From contig JBDHQH010000002.1 of NCBI GenBank assembly GCA_039806935.1, positions 33,872 to 97,871 of the forward strand: a stretch of DNA of 64,000 nt. The letters run 5' to 3'. The notes beneath the pieces were generated by a model. It searched no databases, was not told the origin of the DNA, and saw nothing but the letters and a program-made list of their open reading frames with translations. This stretch comes from Verrucomicrobiota bacterium (GTDB lineage Bacteria > Verrucomicrobiota > Verrucomicrobiia > Limisphaerales > UBA8199). A program made the position numbers and the translations under genes. This document shows, piece after piece, positions 38,324 to 46,608 of the stretch; position 1 is the first letter of the stretch, and every line of letters starts with the position of its first letter.

Positions 38324-39472
38324 ATGCCCCGTGCCGACTCCAGCCGGCCTGCCGCTCCCCTGTTTTTGATTTGCGGGGAGGACGAATTCGCCGTTCAACA
38401 ACGGACGCGGCGGCTGTATGGTGAATGGACGGAGGAGGTGGGGGGCGCAGATCACGAAATCATCGACGCCGCGGTCACCAACAGCGGCGAGGCGATCAAG
38501 GCCATTTCACGGCTGCAAGAGGCGCTGCAGACTCTGCCTTTCTTCGGCTCCGGCAAGGTCATCTGGTTCAAGAACTGCTCTTTTCTGGGGGACGAACGCG
38601 CTGCCGATACCCAGGCGGTGACGGACTCCCTGGCAGCACTGGCCCAGGAGTTGAAAGATTTTTCATGGGGGAATGTGCGGCTGCTGATCAGCGCCGGGAA
38701 GGTCGATAAACGAAAGACATTTTTCAAAACCCTCGACAAGCTGGGCACGGTCGAGACGTTGAATGGTTGGAGCGCCGAGACCAGGGACTGGGCCACCCAG
38801 GCGCAGGCATGGGTCTTGCAGGCAATCCGAGAGCGCGGGAAAGCAATCGCGCGCGATGCTGCGGCCGAGTTGGTAGAGCGCGTGGGGCCGAATGCGCGCC
38901 AATTGGACAGCGAGCTGGAAAAACTGGCTCTTTACGCGGAAGGCCCGATCGTCGAGCGGGAGGACGTCGAGGCGGTGTGCGTCCGGAATAAGACCGCGCG
39001 GGCTTTCGCCTTGGGCGAGGCGTTGGGGAATCGAGATCTGCCCGAACTCCTGCGGCGTTTGGATGAGGAGCTCTGGGACCAGGCGAGTTCGCAAAAATCG
39101 GGCATCCGTGTGTTGTACGGCCTGATTTCTAAAATCCGCGCTCTCTTGTTGCTCAAGGAGATGCTACGCGAAGGCTGGGTGCAGCCGACGGGGTCTTTCC
39201 CAGGCTTCAAAGGGCAACTGGAGCGAGTGCCCGTCGCCCGACTTCCCGCGGATCGCCGCTACAACCCCCTGACGATCAATGCCTATGTTTTGTTCAAGGC
39301 CTTGGGTCAGGCGGGGCGTTATACGGAAGCGGAGCTGATTCGCGCCATGGAACTCCTTTTGGAATGTAATCTGCGGCTCGTTACCAGCGCCTTGGATGAG
39401 ACCCTGGTATTGCAGCAAGCTTTGGTGCAGATTGTCGGAGAAGCCGGTCCATCCGCGGGCAGGGCGGGGTGA
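38324..39472 (+). CDS. holA: DNA polymerase III delta subunit
   Basis: The N-terminal PLFLICGEDEF motif, the length, and the helical C-terminal domain. It starts immediately after the BFN stop. Confidence 0.65.
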   Translation: MPRADSSRPAAPLFLICGEDEFAVQQRTRRLYGEWTEEVGGADHEIIDAAVTNSGEAIKAISRLQEALQTLPFFGSGKVIWFKNCSFLGDERAADTQAVTDSLAALAQELKDFSWGNVRLLISAGKVDKRKTFFKTLDKLGTVETLNGWSAETRDWATQAQAWVLQAIRERGKAIARDAAAELVERVGPNARQLDSELEKLALYAEGPIVEREDVEAVCVRNKTARAFALGEALGNRDLPELLRRLDEELWDQASSQKSGIRVLYGLISKIRALLLLKEMLREGWVQPTGSFPGFKGQLERVPVARLPADRRYNPLTINAYVLFKALGQAGRYTEAELIRAMELLLECNLRLVTSALDETLVLQQALVQIVGEAGPSAGRAG

Positions 39473-39491
39473 TTGATTCCGGCCACATGAT

Positions 39492-40025
39492 ATGAAGCGC
39501 CCCGTGATCAATTCGTCGGCCAGAATGTGGGTTCTGGCGGGCGATCGCTTTGCCTCGATCAAGATCAGCGGGCGGGCCAATTTCTCCTCGAGCATCGATT
39601 TTCGAACGGTGTTGAACGAACTCGCGGTCAAAGGATACCGCTACTTTGTGGTCGATCTTTCTGAGTGTCTGTTAATGGATAGCACGTTTTTGGGCGTGCT
39701 GGCGGGTTTCGGATTGAAGATGAATCCGCAAAAGCCGGGCGGGAGCAGCCAGGCGATCGAGTTGCACAATCCCAACGAGCGCATTCTGGACCTGTTGGAA
39801 AATCTCGGGGTGTTGCATCTGTTCCACATCAGCCAGGGCACGCCCGCCCAACGGCATTTAGTCGAGGCCATCCCGGGCGCCCCTGATACCAAAGAGGAAC
39901 TGGCGCAGGCCTGCCTCGAGGCGCACCATGCCTTGATGGAGGCGAATCCACAGAACGTATCGCGCTTCAAGGATCTCACGCGATTTCTGGCCGAGGATTT
40001 GAAGCATCTGAAATCTCAGCCGTAG
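39492..40025 (+). CDS. STAS domain protein (anti-sigma-factor antagonist-like)
   Basis: RYFVVDLSECLLMDSTFLGVLAG...IELHNPNERILDLLENLGV is the SpoIIAA/STAS pattern. Its 3' end overlaps the convergent uvrD gene by 10 nt. Confidence 0.7.
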   Translation: MKRPVINSSARMWVLAGDRFASIKISGRANFSSSIDFRTVLNELAVKGYRYFVVDLSECLLMDSTFLGVLAGFGLKMNPQKPGGSSQAIELHNPNERILDLLENLGVLHLFHISQGTPAQRHLVEAIPGAPDTKEELAQACLEAHHALMEANPQNVSRFKDLTRFLAEDLKHLKSQP

Positions 40026-42055
40026 CCGCGCAAGTTCCACTCCTCGAGCAACTCGCCCGGAATTTCCCGCAGGAACCTCGAGGGATGCTGCATCGCGTCC
40101 TGGCCGCCGGTGAATTGCGCGCGGAGCAGGGGAAAGGCCAGGTACAGCTCGTTGCGCGCGCGAGTAATCGCCACGTACAATAATCGTCGTTCCTCCTCGA
40201 TGGCGTCCGGCTGTTCCAAGGACCGTTGCGAGGGGAACAGCCCGTCGCAGAGCATGATGAGGAAGACCACGTCGAACTCCAACCCTTTGGCCTGATGGAT
40301 GGTGGAGAGGCGCATCTGCTCGTCATCTCTCCCCGCCCCCGGCTGGCCATCCTCAGCCTCGACATTGGTCAGCAGCGCCAATTGCGCCAGGAACTCATCC
40401 AGGGCGGAGAATTGCCGGGCAAACACCCCGAGTTGCTCCAGATCCTCCAGGCGCGAGCGGTGGTTCGCGTAGTTCTCCCTTAAATGCTCGTCATACCCGG
40501 CCTCGAGCACGATCCGGATCATCTCGGCGGCGTTGCTTCGGGTCGAGGGCGCCTCAAGCTGGGCCACGGTAGCCGCCATTTGCGCCCATGCGACCGCTGT
40601 CTTTCTGCTCACCGAACCGGCGCAGGCTTGCAGCGCCGTGGCCACCGGATTCTTCGCCTCGCGGGCGGGCGCTTCCCCCGCCGGGGGGCGGGGCGGCAGA
40701 TACTCCGAGTAAATCTTCCAGAGCTTGCCGGCTCCCTTGTCGCCCACACCGGGCAGGAGTTGAGCCAGACGCTTGAACGAGAGTTCATCCCGGGAATTAA
40801 GCACCAATTTGAGATAAGCGGTCACATCCTTGATGTGTGCCTGTTCAAAAAAACGGATGCCGCTGGTGATCGAGAATGGGATGTTGCGCCGCGTCAGCTC
40901 GAGTTGCAGCTCGAGCGCGTGAAAATGCGAGCGATACAGCACCGCCATTTGGCGAAGCGGCACCCCTTCCTCCCGCAATTCCAGCACGCGTTGGGCCACG
41001 AACGACGCCTGTTCACCGGCATCATGGCAGGCGAGCAAGACTGGCTTGGAGCCGGATTTTCGGTCCGGCGCGAGCCGTTTCTCGTATTGCGAGAGATTGG
41101 CCTGGATGGCCGCGTTGGCCACGCTCAGGATTTCGGGCGTGCTGCGGTAATTCGTCTCGATCTTGTACACCCGGGCGCCTGGGTAACGCTCGGGAAAGCG
41201 AATGATGTTTTGGTAATTGGCGCCGCGCCAGGCATAAATGCTTTGCGCATCATCGCCGACCACCATCACATTTTTGTGCCGCTCGGCTAACCGGTCAATC
41301 AATTCCCCCTGGAGCTGGTTGGTGTCCTGGTATTCATCGACCAGGATGAACTGAAATCGGCGCTGGTATGATTCGCGCGCCTCCTCGTGCTCCCGCAACA
41401 GCTTCAGCCAAAGCGCCAATAAATCATCGAAATCCATGGCGTTGCTCGCCCGTTTCCGCTCGGCGTAGCTTTCCCACAGAGCGGTGATCTCGCGGGTCTG
41501 CTCGGCGAAATACGGGAATTGCTGGTCGATCACCCGCGCCGCCGGCTGGCCGGTATTCAAGGCCAGCGAAAAAATCTCGCCCAGCACCTCTGGTTTGGGA
41601 AAGCGCCGGGACTTGATGTCGATGCCGGAATCGGCCACGCAGGTGGCTACCAGATGCCGGGCGTCCTCGCGATCCATGATCGTAAAGTCACGTTGAAAAC
41701 CCAGCCGCGGCGCATGCTGGCGCAAAATCCGGTTTCCGATCGCGTGAAAGGTGCCGCCCCAGAGTTCCGAGAGCCCTTGTCCCAGCAAATCAGCCACTCG
41801 GCGCATCATTTCCCGGGCGGCCTTGTTGGTGAAGGTCAACAGCAACATGCGCTCGGGAGGGATTCCCTGCTCGAGCAAAAAGGCCACACGGTAAGTAAGC
41901 GTGCGCGTTTTGCCCGAGCCCGCCCCCGCCAGTACGAGCGCAGGACCAGGGGGCGCAGTCACCGCCTCGAGTTGTTGTTCATTCAGCTCGCGCGCGTAAT
42001 CGATCTGGAGGTGGACTGGCGCCCGGAAAGGCTGCAACACGTAATCCCGCGACAT
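40016..42055 (-). CDS. ATP-dependent DNA helicase, UvrD/PcrA/Rep family
   Basis: LNEQQLEAV, AGAGSGKT, VDEYQDTN, and the QGLEFD-type motif (AKGLEFDVVF). The track ORF opens at GTG 42103; ATG 42055 is preferred. Confidence 0.92.
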   Translation of the reverse strand: MSRDYVLQPFRAPVHLQIDYARELNEQQLEAVTAPPGPALVLAGAGSGKTRTLTYRVAFLLEQGIPPERMLLLTFTNKAAREMMRRVADLLGQGLSELWGGTFHAIGNRILRQHAPRLGFQRDFTIMDREDARHLVATCVADSGIDIKSRRFPKPEVLGEIFSLALNTGQPAARVIDQQFPYFAEQTREITALWESYAERKRASNAMDFDDLLALWLKLLREHEEARESYQRRFQFILVDEYQDTNQLQGELIDRLAERHKNVMVVGDDAQSIYAWRGANYQNIIRFPERYPGARVYKIETNYRSTPEILSVANAAIQANLSQYEKRLAPDRKSGSKPVLLACHDAGEQASFVAQRVLELREEGVPLRQMAVLYRSHFHALELQLELTRRNIPFSITSGIRFFEQAHIKDVTAYLKLVLNSRDELSFKRLAQLLPGVGDKGAGKLWKIYSEYLPPRPPAGEAPAREAKNPVATALQACAGSVSRKTAVAWAQMAATVAQLEAPSTRSNAAEMIRIVLEAGYDEHLRENYANHRSRLEDLEQLGVFARQFSALDEFLAQLALLTNVEAEDGQPGAGRDDEQMRLSTIHQAKGLEFDVVFLIMLCDGLFPSQRSLEQPDAIEEERRLLYVAITRARNELYLAFPLLRAQFTGGQDAMQHPSRFLREIPGELLEEWNLRGYG

Positions 42056-42196
42056 CCCCGCCACCCTATTACGCAACTCGCGTGATGGCAATCGAGCCGT
42101 CACGTCGTCAACAAAACAAGTTGCTTTCTTTGCGCGAGGCCGGTATTGCTCTGAGCGGTTCGTGAATTATTAAATCTTTGTATATCCTCAACGAAT

Positions 42197-43228
42197 ATGG
42201 CTGAAAATTGTTTCCATCCCAGCATCGAAGGGGCGCAGCACGGCGCCAAGAGCCTTCCGGAATTCCTGAGCTATGCCAAGCGCTCCGGCGCTCGCGGAGC
42301 ACAACCCTCAAACTTCATGCTTCAGGGGGACAAGGGCCTCAAGAGCGCGAAAGAAATCAAAGCCGCCTTCGCCAGGGCCAAATTGTCGCTCGACGGCGTT
42401 TCCGCCCACTGTCCGTTCTGGGTGCATACCACCGCCTGGACCGGCAGTCCGACAGTCCGACCTTTCATCCCGGGCGACGTGGCCAAGAAATCGCTGTCGG
42501 ACATCGAGAAGTGGGCGGAGGACTACATTCTTCGGCTGCTGGATTTATGCGCCGAGCTGAAGGTGAAAATTGTCCCGATGTTCTGGGGGGTGGCCTTTGG
42601 GTGGGAAGCCGCGACCGGGTATCCCTGGGGATTCTGGGCCGGTCCGAATTATGATTTGATCAAGGAAGGACAGGAGCGGTTTGTAACCAAAACGGCCAGG
42701 ATCCGCCAGCACGCCAATAAGCTGGGCATCTATCTCGCCCATGAAATTCACCCCGGCACCGGAGCCATGTGCGCGGATGATTTCAACCTGCTCGTCAAGA
42801 TTTGCGACGGGGACAAATGCCTCACCGTCAACGCGGATCCGTCGCATTGCTGGGAGGGCGAGAATTGGGAGACGCGGTTTCTCAAGGTGGCCTCGCGCAT
42901 TTACGCCTGCCATGTGAAGAATTACGTGATCCGCCCTGGCTTGCCGCTGCGCATGATGGAGCCGTCCTGGCAAAAGCGCGCTATGCAATTTGTGGACATT
43001 CCCACGGGCGACCTGAACATGACCCGCTACGTCGAATTGCTGATTCACACTGGGTTTCCCAAACGATATTGCGAGATCATGGGCGCCAAGAGCGCTCCAT
43101 TAGTCGTCGAGGCGGAGAGCGCTTACCGGGATCTCGATGCCACCAGCGCCAACGCCATCCAGTACGTTCGCGATCACCTCTGCTTCCCTCTGGCCTCCGG
43201 CTCATTCGAAGAGGGAATGGGCGAGTAA
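42197..43228 (+). CDS. Sugar phosphate isomerase/epimerase (xylose isomerase-like TIM barrel)
   Basis: AHEIHPGTGA...NADPSH is a metal-ligand-like pattern typical of this fold. Confidence 0.65.
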   Translation: MAENCFHPSIEGAQHGAKSLPEFLSYAKRSGARGAQPSNFMLQGDKGLKSAKEIKAAFARAKLSLDGVSAHCPFWVHTTAWTGSPTVRPFIPGDVAKKSLSDIEKWAEDYILRLLDLCAELKVKIVPMFWGVAFGWEAATGYPWGFWAGPNYDLIKEGQERFVTKTARIRQHANKLGIYLAHEIHPGTGAMCADDFNLLVKICDGDKCLTVNADPSHCWEGENWETRFLKVASRIYACHVKNYVIRPGLPLRMMEPSWQKRAMQFVDIPTGDLNMTRYVELLIHTGFPKRYCEIMGAKSAPLVVEAESAYRDLDATSANAIQYVRDHLCFPLASGSFEEGMGE

Positions 43229-43256
43229 AAACGGCTTAAGCCTTAGATTTGGCAGC

Positions 43257-43296
43257 GGGCAGCCAGTCTTTTGGGGCTGGTTGCCCGTTTGATTTC
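43257..43296 (+). terminator. Rho-independent-type terminator hairpin
   Basis: A 10-bp stem of GGGCAGCCAG (43257-66) and CTGGTTGCCC (43277-86) with one G-U pair and a 10-nt loop. It is followed by GTTTGATTTC and sits between convergent genes. Confidence 0.5.
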
Positions 43297-43322
43297 GGAT
43301 GCGAAGCCGCGCCTCGACACAG

Positions 43323-44408
43323 TCAATCTCGTGTCGTGGCGGGCAGCTTGCCTGCCTTGTAACTCTCCAAAACTTTTCGCAACTCCTTTTTCAGGCTCTC
43401 ATCCTGCGCCACTTCGATTGCGGCCTCTTGCGTGGAGACCGCTTCGGTTGCCTTGCCTAGCAGGAACTGGAGCCGCGCGAGCGTATCCAGAATGGCGGAT
43501 TCCTTCCGCCCGGAAAGTTCGTTGGCGCGTTCAGCGGCTTTGATCGCCGCGGCCACCGCCTCCTTTTTGGCGCCTTCGTGCGTGGCCACCATCCAGGCAA
43601 TCTGATTCTGCACCTGGGCATTATCTTTGTACTCCTCGCCCAATTTATCAATTAATTGGGCGGCTTGGGGAGCGTCTCCCTTCCCGAGCAGCACCTGCAA
43701 GCGGGCAGGCTCGAGACCCCGCTGATGTGGCTCCGGAATGGCCCGGGTCAGTTCGTCCAACACCTTTTCGGCTTCGTCCCAATGCTTGCCCTGTATCGCC
43801 TCGCCCAGTTTTTTTCCCAAGGCCGAGAGTTTCTCCTCCTGTTCGCGGTCCTTGGCGGCCTCGGCGGATGCCTTTTGCACGTCGTAGGTTCCGGCCAGTA
43901 CCTCATCAATCGTCTGGGTTTTGAGGCTCAGGGGATGTCCGATCCAGGCAATGCGCCCCTTCTTGTCCACTAAAAAGGCGGTGGGAATGCCGTTTTGATC
44001 TGCGGCTTCCATCCAAGTGGTGGCCATGGCGCCCTTTTTGTCTTTGGATTTGTCATCCAGCGCGACCCGGTAAGTCATCTTGTCGCCCATTTTTTTGACG
44101 AAGGGGGTGACTTCCGCCTCGTCTCGTTCCCAGACATCCTGTCCGATGATGATCAGGTCTTTGGCTTTGTACTTTTGCCAGAGTTCGTTCAAATGGGGAA
44201 TGGTTTGGCGGCATGGGCCGCACCAAGTCGCCCAAAACTCGACCAGGTAAGCTTTGTTGGCTGCGAATTCTTTCACCGGTTCGCCTTGCACCCATTTGCC
44301 CGTTTGGAGTTTGGGCGCCGGATCACCCACTTTTAGAGTCGCGGCCGACAGCCAGGACGTCGAGGCGGCGAGCGCGGTGATCAGGCAGGATACCATCAGT
44401 TTTTTCAT
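43323..44408 (-). CDS. Secreted thioredoxin-like (TlpA/ResA-type) protein with C-terminal helical/TPR-like region
   Basis: Signal MKKLMVSCLITALAASTSWLSA. Thioredoxin active site FWATWCGPC. Confidence 0.85.
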   Translation of the reverse strand: MKKLMVSCLITALAASTSWLSAATLKVGDPAPKLQTGKWVQGEPVKEFAANKAYLVEFWATWCGPCRQTIPHLNELWQKYKAKDLIIIGQDVWERDEAEVTPFVKKMGDKMTYRVALDDKSKDKKGAMATTWMEAADQNGIPTAFLVDKKGRIAWIGHPLSLKTQTIDEVLAGTYDVQKASAEAAKDREQEEKLSALGKKLGEAIQGKHWDEAEKVLDELTRAIPEPHQRGLEPARLQVLLGKGDAPQAAQLIDKLGEEYKDNAQVQNQIAWMVATHEGAKKEAVAAAIKAAERANELSGRKESAILDTLARLQFLLGKATEAVSTQEAAIEVAQDESLKKELRKVLESYKAGKLPATTRD

Positions 44409-44516
44409 AAGCAGTGATTTTTCCCAATGTAACCATAAATGCCGACCGCGCCAGCAACAAAAAAACGCCCCGAGCAAGCGGAGCGTTCGCGATCAGCGGG
44501 CGGGTGCGCCGGGTGG

Positions 44517-44768
44517 CTAGCCGATCCGGCTGCGGCGGTTGAGCCGGGAAAGCATGACGTTCCGGACGGTCCGCTTCAGAATGCGGTGAGCCCGAGCCAG
44601 GGCATCGTCCAGGCGGGCGCACTCTTCGAGCTCATTTTCATCTAGAGGCTTTTTATTGGCGATGATCTGGGCGGCGCGGCTGCAAGCGGCGCGCATGGCG
44701 TCAATTTCATAAGCAATCCGGGCAGTGCGCCCGATTGGCAGAGCTGCGTTGCGTTTGGTTGATCTCAC
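44517..44768 (-). CDS. Small helical hypothetical protein (83 aa)
   Basis: GTG-initiated ORF with unbiased helical composition, upstream of and co-oriented with the thioredoxin-like gene. No family recognised. Confidence 0.3.
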   Translation of the reverse strand: MRSTKRNAALPIGRTARIAYEIDAMRAACSRAAQIIANKKPLDENELEECARLDDALARAHRILKRTVRNVMLSRLNRRSRIG

Positions 44769-44858
44769 GCTTACAGGATGCCGCCGCGCGGCTCGGGGGA
44801 CATTCGGCGGGTGTCCGAATGTGTTATCCGTGTTTGTCTGACAAGCACCCCAGGCGGT

Positions 44859-45107
44859 TTACGATTTTTTCTGAAGCTTATGGCCGTACTTCCGGCTGAA
44901 GCGATGGCAATCGGCGAATTTGCTCCGGCCTTCGTCATTTTCCCAGACTTCGTCGTAGCCGGGGGTGGTGGGCGCCGCCCGCAACGGCTTTTCGCTCAAG
45001 ACGGTGCCCTGTTCGTCGCACTGGATTTCCAGATGCCGCGCTTTGGCGGCGCGGTTCCATCGGTTCGACAAAATAATCAGCACTTTGCGCGTGGTCTTCG
45101 TTTTCAA
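44859..45107 (-). CDS. Small basic hypothetical protein (about 82 aa)
   Basis: This is the 3' end of the otherwise spurious 603-aa track ORF. From TTG 45107: KTKTTRKVLIILSNRWNRAAKARHLEIQCDEQGTVLSEKP...HRFSRKYGHKLQKKS. It has lower GC and is K-rich and protein-like, and it is divergent from the Gfo/Idh/MocA gene. Confidence 0.4.
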   Translation of the reverse strand: MKTKTTRKVLIILSNRWNRAAKARHLEIQCDEQGTVLSEKPLRAAPTTPGYDEVWENDEGRSKFADCHRFSRKYGHKLQKKS

Positions 45108-45230
45108 CGCCCCAGCATTTCGAACTTCCGCCCCGGGCGTCAATACGGTTTCAAAAGATCGATTTGCGTTTGAATGCTGAAGTTGCCGCGTCGTCTGTAT
45201 AATTGTAAAGTCGTGCTGGTTGCAGTGCTT

Positions 45231-46589
45231 ATGAATGATGTGAATGCGTCCGTCCCCGGTCAAACCCGTCGTGTCTTCATCAAGAACGCCGCCACCGCCG
45301 CAGTCGCGGTGGGCGCTTCCGGCGTGTCGAGAACACCCGTGTACGGCCAAACCCAGGCCCCTGCCGCCGGTCCGGTGCCGGGCGCCAATGACCGCCTCAC
45401 GGTCGCCTATATCGGCACCGGACACCAGGGGATGAATCACATCAAGATCCAGAAGAAATTCGCGGCTGACAACAACATCGCGCAGGCGGCGGCCTGCGAT
45501 GTGTATCAACCGCGGCTGGAGCAGGCGCGCGCGTTCATGGGTTTGGCGGCGGGCGACACCTACCGGGACCATCGAAAGCTGCTCGAGCGAAAAGATATCG
45601 ATGCGGTCGTGATTTCGACCGTGGACAACTGGCATGCGCAGATCTCGATCGATGCCATGGAGGCGGGGAAGCATGTTTTTTGCGAGAAGCCCATGAGCCG
45701 TTATTTCGCGGAGGCATTTGGGGTCTACGATACCGCGAAACGGACTAAAAGGACCTACGTCGTCGGATCCCAGGGTTGCATGGATCCGAAGTGGCACAAA
45801 GCCGCCGAGTGGATTAGAGCGGGAAAGCTCGGTCCGCTGGTTTGGGGGCAGGGTTCGTATTGCCGGAATAATCCGAAGAACAGCGAATGGACGTTCCCGA
45901 TCGATCCGGCCGCGAACGAAGGCAACCTGGATTGGAACCGTTGGCTCGGGCGGGCGCCCCGGATTCCTTTCAACCCTGAGCATTTTTGCAGTTGGCACAA
46001 GTATTACGCCTATAACTCGGGGATCATTGGGAATCTGCTGCCGCACCGCTTCATGCCCATGATGCTGGGCACCGGGAATCCGGAGTTCCCCCGCCGGGTC
46101 GTCTGCACCGGAACCCGCAAAGTATCCACCGACCGCGAAATCACCGACACCACGCACCTGCTTGTGGAATTTCCGAGCGGATTGACACTGGTGATGGCGG
46201 GCACAACCGTGAACGAGCAAGGCCTGCCGGAGGTGTTGCGCGGGCGCAAGGCGACTCTGCATTTCGCCTCGAGCCAAAACCGCGTGGAACTCCATCCCGA
46301 GGCCCTCTTTGCGGACGAACTCGACGCCGACACTTTCAACGAGGGCCAGCCGACCGAGCGGATTGAGTTTCTGGAAAAGGACTTCTTTGACTGCATCCGC
46401 AGCGGGCGGGAGCCCGTTGCCAACGTCGATTTGGCGTTGCGTGCGCAAACCTGCCTCAGCCTGGCCGAGATGTCCGAGCGAATGGGTTTGGCGCTCTTTT
46501 TCGACGAGTCGCAAAGGCTTCTCAGGACAGGCGACGGACGGGCCATCACGCCCTTGAGCTACGACACGGTGATTCCGAAGCTGAGTTAA
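45231..46589 (+). CDS. Gfo/Idh/MocA family oxidoreductase with Tat signal
   Basis: TRRVFIKNAATAAVAVGASG, followed by the Rossmann motif VAYIGTGHQG and the EKP motif (FCEKPM). Confidence 0.88.
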   Translation: MNDVNASVPGQTRRVFIKNAATAAVAVGASGVSRTPVYGQTQAPAAGPVPGANDRLTVAYIGTGHQGMNHIKIQKKFAADNNIAQAAACDVYQPRLEQARAFMGLAAGDTYRDHRKLLERKDIDAVVISTVDNWHAQISIDAMEAGKHVFCEKPMSRYFAEAFGVYDTAKRTKRTYVVGSQGCMDPKWHKAAEWIRAGKLGPLVWGQGSYCRNNPKNSEWTFPIDPAANEGNLDWNRWLGRAPRIPFNPEHFCSWHKYYAYNSGIIGNLLPHRFMPMMLGTGNPEFPRRVVCTGTRKVSTDREITDTTHLLVEFPSGLTLVMAGTTVNEQGLPEVLRGRKATLHFASSQNRVELHPEALFADELDADTFNEGQPTERIEFLEKDFFDCIRSGREPVANVDLALRAQTCLSLAEMSERMGLALFFDESQRLLRTGDGRAITPLSYDTVIPKLS

Positions 46590-46608
46590 GGAGGCCGGCC
46601 GCCAACGC